Assembly (NCBI GenBank): GCA_002269645.1
Contig: NIVC01000529.1
Coordinates: forward strand, 145,984 to 209,983
DNA: 64,000 nt
Origin: Macrostomum lignano
Lineage: Eukaryota
Direction of reading: 5' to 3'
Position 1 is the first letter of the stretch. Each line of letters starts with the position of its first letter. The position numbers were made by a program, and so were the translations under genes. The notes under the pieces were generated by a model, which made no database searches, was not told the origin of the DNA, and was given only the letters and a program-made list of their open reading frames with translations. Shown here piece after piece: positions 61,975 to 64,000 of the stretch.

Positions 61975-62013
61975 GACAGACAGACACTAAGACAGACAGA
62001 CGGACAGACACTA

Positions 62014-62068
<55 letters not shown>

Positions 62069-62392
62069 GACAGACAGACACTAAGACAGACAGACAGACA
62101 GACACAGTGAGTGACGTTCCCCCCCCCCCCAAAACCCTCGCAGCTCCGCCGCATGGACGAATGGCTCGCCCTGCAGTCCGGAGCCGCCAAGCGACGTCCC
62201 GGCGGCCCGGCCGTGGCCCAAGGCGCGGAGCAGGCCGCCACCGCCGACACGGGCACCAACAACGCTTCGTGGCCTCCGTCGCTGCCGCCGCTGGACCCGG
62301 GAGCGCCACCACCGCCGGCCTACTACTTCGAGGACGATCCGGGCTCCAACGCTAGCGGACAGTACATGCTGCAGGCGGTGCTCACGCATCAG
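58844..62392 (+). CDS. USP14: Ubiquitin C-terminal hydrolase 14 (USP14/Ubp6), 3'-partial; exons 58844-58978, 59657-60178, 61301-61735, 62144-62392
   Basis: UBL VHVKWQKQKF..FKATLYSLSGVPPDRQK|VMVKG; Cys box GLNNLGNTCYMNATLQC; QQDANECW; RLPAYLTVQFVRFYYKEK; YMLQAVLTHQ with the His box beyond the window. All introns phase 0. Confidence 0.95.
59155..59625. repeat. 22-bp minisatellite (ctagggtgtccacaatcctaat) in USP14 intron 1
   Basis: Tandem units with 15-bp deletion variants. Confidence 0.92.
60285..61200. repeat. ~28-bp G-rich minisatellite (gggggacaaaccttgatcgggggtcaga) in USP14 intron 2
   Basis: Tandem units with variable G runs. Confidence 0.94.
61760..62105. repeat. (CAGA)n microsatellite with caccaaga interruptions in USP14 intron 3
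   Basis: Tetranucleotide run. Confidence 0.93.
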
Positions 62393-62489
62393 GTGCGCTT
62401 CGTTGGCTTTTCATGTATAATCAGCTGGCTTTGCTTAGCTTAGGACTAGCCTAATTCCATTTACATGTATTAGCCAACCCATACCCACT

Positions 62490-63985
62490 CCGTAGCCAAC
62501 CTAATCCTTCATCTTAGAGTAGACAACCCAATTCTTCTTAGGGTAGACAATCTAATCCTCCATCTTAGGGTAGACAACCTAATCCTTTTTTCTTAGGGTA
62601 GACAACCTAATCCTTTTTTCTTAGGGTAGACAACCTAATCCTTTATCTTAGGGTAGACAACATAATCCTCCATCTTAGGGTAGACAATCTAAATTCTCTA
62701 TCTTAGGGTAGACAATCTAAATCCTCTATCGTAGGGTAGACAATCTAAATTCTCTATCTTAGGGTAGACAATCTAAATCCTCCATCTTAGGGTAGACAAT
62801 CTAAATCAGGGGTCGGCAAACTGCGGCCCGCGGGCCAGATCCGGCCCGCGTCATCTTCAAGTCCGGCCCGCAGCACTCTTACTATCTGACAATGTAAAAG
62901 TGGCCCGCGAACCAATTTTGTGTTGATACATTCAACTTTTCAAGCAAAATTAGCTTTCACCTCGGCATTCCTATCACAATACTGTGTCAATTTCAATTGT
63001 CGTGTTGTTGGTGGCATTTGGTCTATCATATAAAATTGTCGGCTATCCTTTAGTAGAATCGTTCGTTAAATTAATTTTTGTTTGAATTCGATTTCTTTCT
63101 ATTTTTAGAGTCCAAAAATATGAAACAAGTGAACAATCTAACAGTTTACAATTAAATATACTGGCAGCTAAATTGTTTGTTATAGTCAATTGCCACATCA
63201 CGACACGAGGGTACTATTTTAACGTTGGGTAATAGGGGTAATAGTGTCACTGGGTAATTTTATCCAGGACACATTTTTCCACAATTTTTGAATTTGTGCG
63301 TTGATGTCAGGAATTCTTAAAATAGTATAAGTTTTGCGCGCACAAAGCATTAATATGTCTATGGTCAAAGTCGGTGACAGTGCGGAGCTGGGGGACTTTT
63401 AAAGGGAGATGCATTTGAGATTGAAAAATTAGCTACCGAGCTGCCATACTGGGATTCAAGTCAAGCCACTGCTTACTTTGCTGATTTTGGACTATTACTC
63501 TCTGGATGGCTGGATCTGGATGACCAGTGGCCTCAAGTTGGATTGTGTCACTGTTTAACTTTCAGTAGTACCCTCGTGTCGTGATTTGGCAATTAACTAT
63601 AACAAACAATTTAGCTGCCAGTACATGTTAAACTGTTGGATCGTTCACTTGTTTACATTTTTACTCTAAAATTAGAAATGAATTAAATTCAAGCGAAAAA
63701 ATAATTTAACAAACGATTCTATAGGATACCAGATTGTCATTTATAGCCTCAATTTGTTGTGCATTTTTTGGCCCGCCACCTCAGCCAGTCGTCCAATCCG
63801 GCCCGCACTGAAAAAAGTTTGCCGACCCCTGATCTAAATCCTCCGTCTTAGGGTAGACAATCTAAATCCTCCATCTTAGGGTAGACAATCTAAATCCTCC
63901 ATCTTAGGGTAGACAATCTAAATCCTCCATCTTAGGGTAGACAATCTAAATCCTCCATCTTAGGGTAGACAATCTAAATCCTCGC
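62490..63985. repeat. 28-bp minisatellite (cttagggtagacaatctaaatcctccat) in USP14 intron 4, split by a MITE
   Basis: Units on both sides of 62807-63831. Confidence 0.9.
62807..63831. mobile_element. hAT (Charlie/Buster-type) MITE, 1025 bp
   Basis: TIR CAGGGGTCGGCAAAC / GTTTGCCGACCCCTG; ggcccgcgggcc subterminal motifs; 8-bp TSD ATCTAAAT (62799-62806, 63832-63839). Confidence 0.95.
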
Positions 63986-64000
63986 ATTTCCAATCCATCC

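Noticed and set aside
62490-63985. Telomeric repeat (TTAGGG in each 28-bp unit; degenerate run at ~47445-47470)
   Set aside because: The hexamers are not tandem and are part of ordinary minisatellite units.

Overview
Eukaryotic (animal) genomic DNA: GC-rich exons, GT-AG introns nearly all filled with minisatellites, and many transposon relics. The style and a flatworm spliced-leader-like sequence suggest a Macrostomum-like flatworm (inference). Seven host genes: DCC-family thiol-disulfide oxidoreductase (+), NDUFB7 (+), innexin (-, 2 exons), DEG/ENaC channel (+, 2 exons), BTB protein (+, 3 exons), SYK/ZAP70-type tandem-SH2 kinase (+, 5 exons, 1-nt frameshift in the last exon) and USP14/Ubp6 (+, 4 exons, runs off the window). 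Mobile DNA: a very young Mag-like Ty3/gypsy element (LTRs identical by eye, 5-bp TSD) with an in-frame RNase H deletion and no AUG for gag; a tandemly rearranged Crypton tyrosine-recombinase element in a SYK intron; three hAT MITEs with 8-bp TSDs, one holding a nested Harbinger-like MITE; two truncated LINE 3' ends with TSDs; a tRNA-derived SINE; a solo LTR; and an unclassified GC-rich element. Most unusual signals: spliced-leader-like relics at element junctions, a ~5 kb domain almost devoid of CpG, minisatellite arrays built from E2F-like TTTGGCGC sites, and the Crypton and gypsy rearrangements. No rRNA, real tRNA or CRISPR array was found. All coordinates, splice sites and counts were read by eye; no database searches were run.
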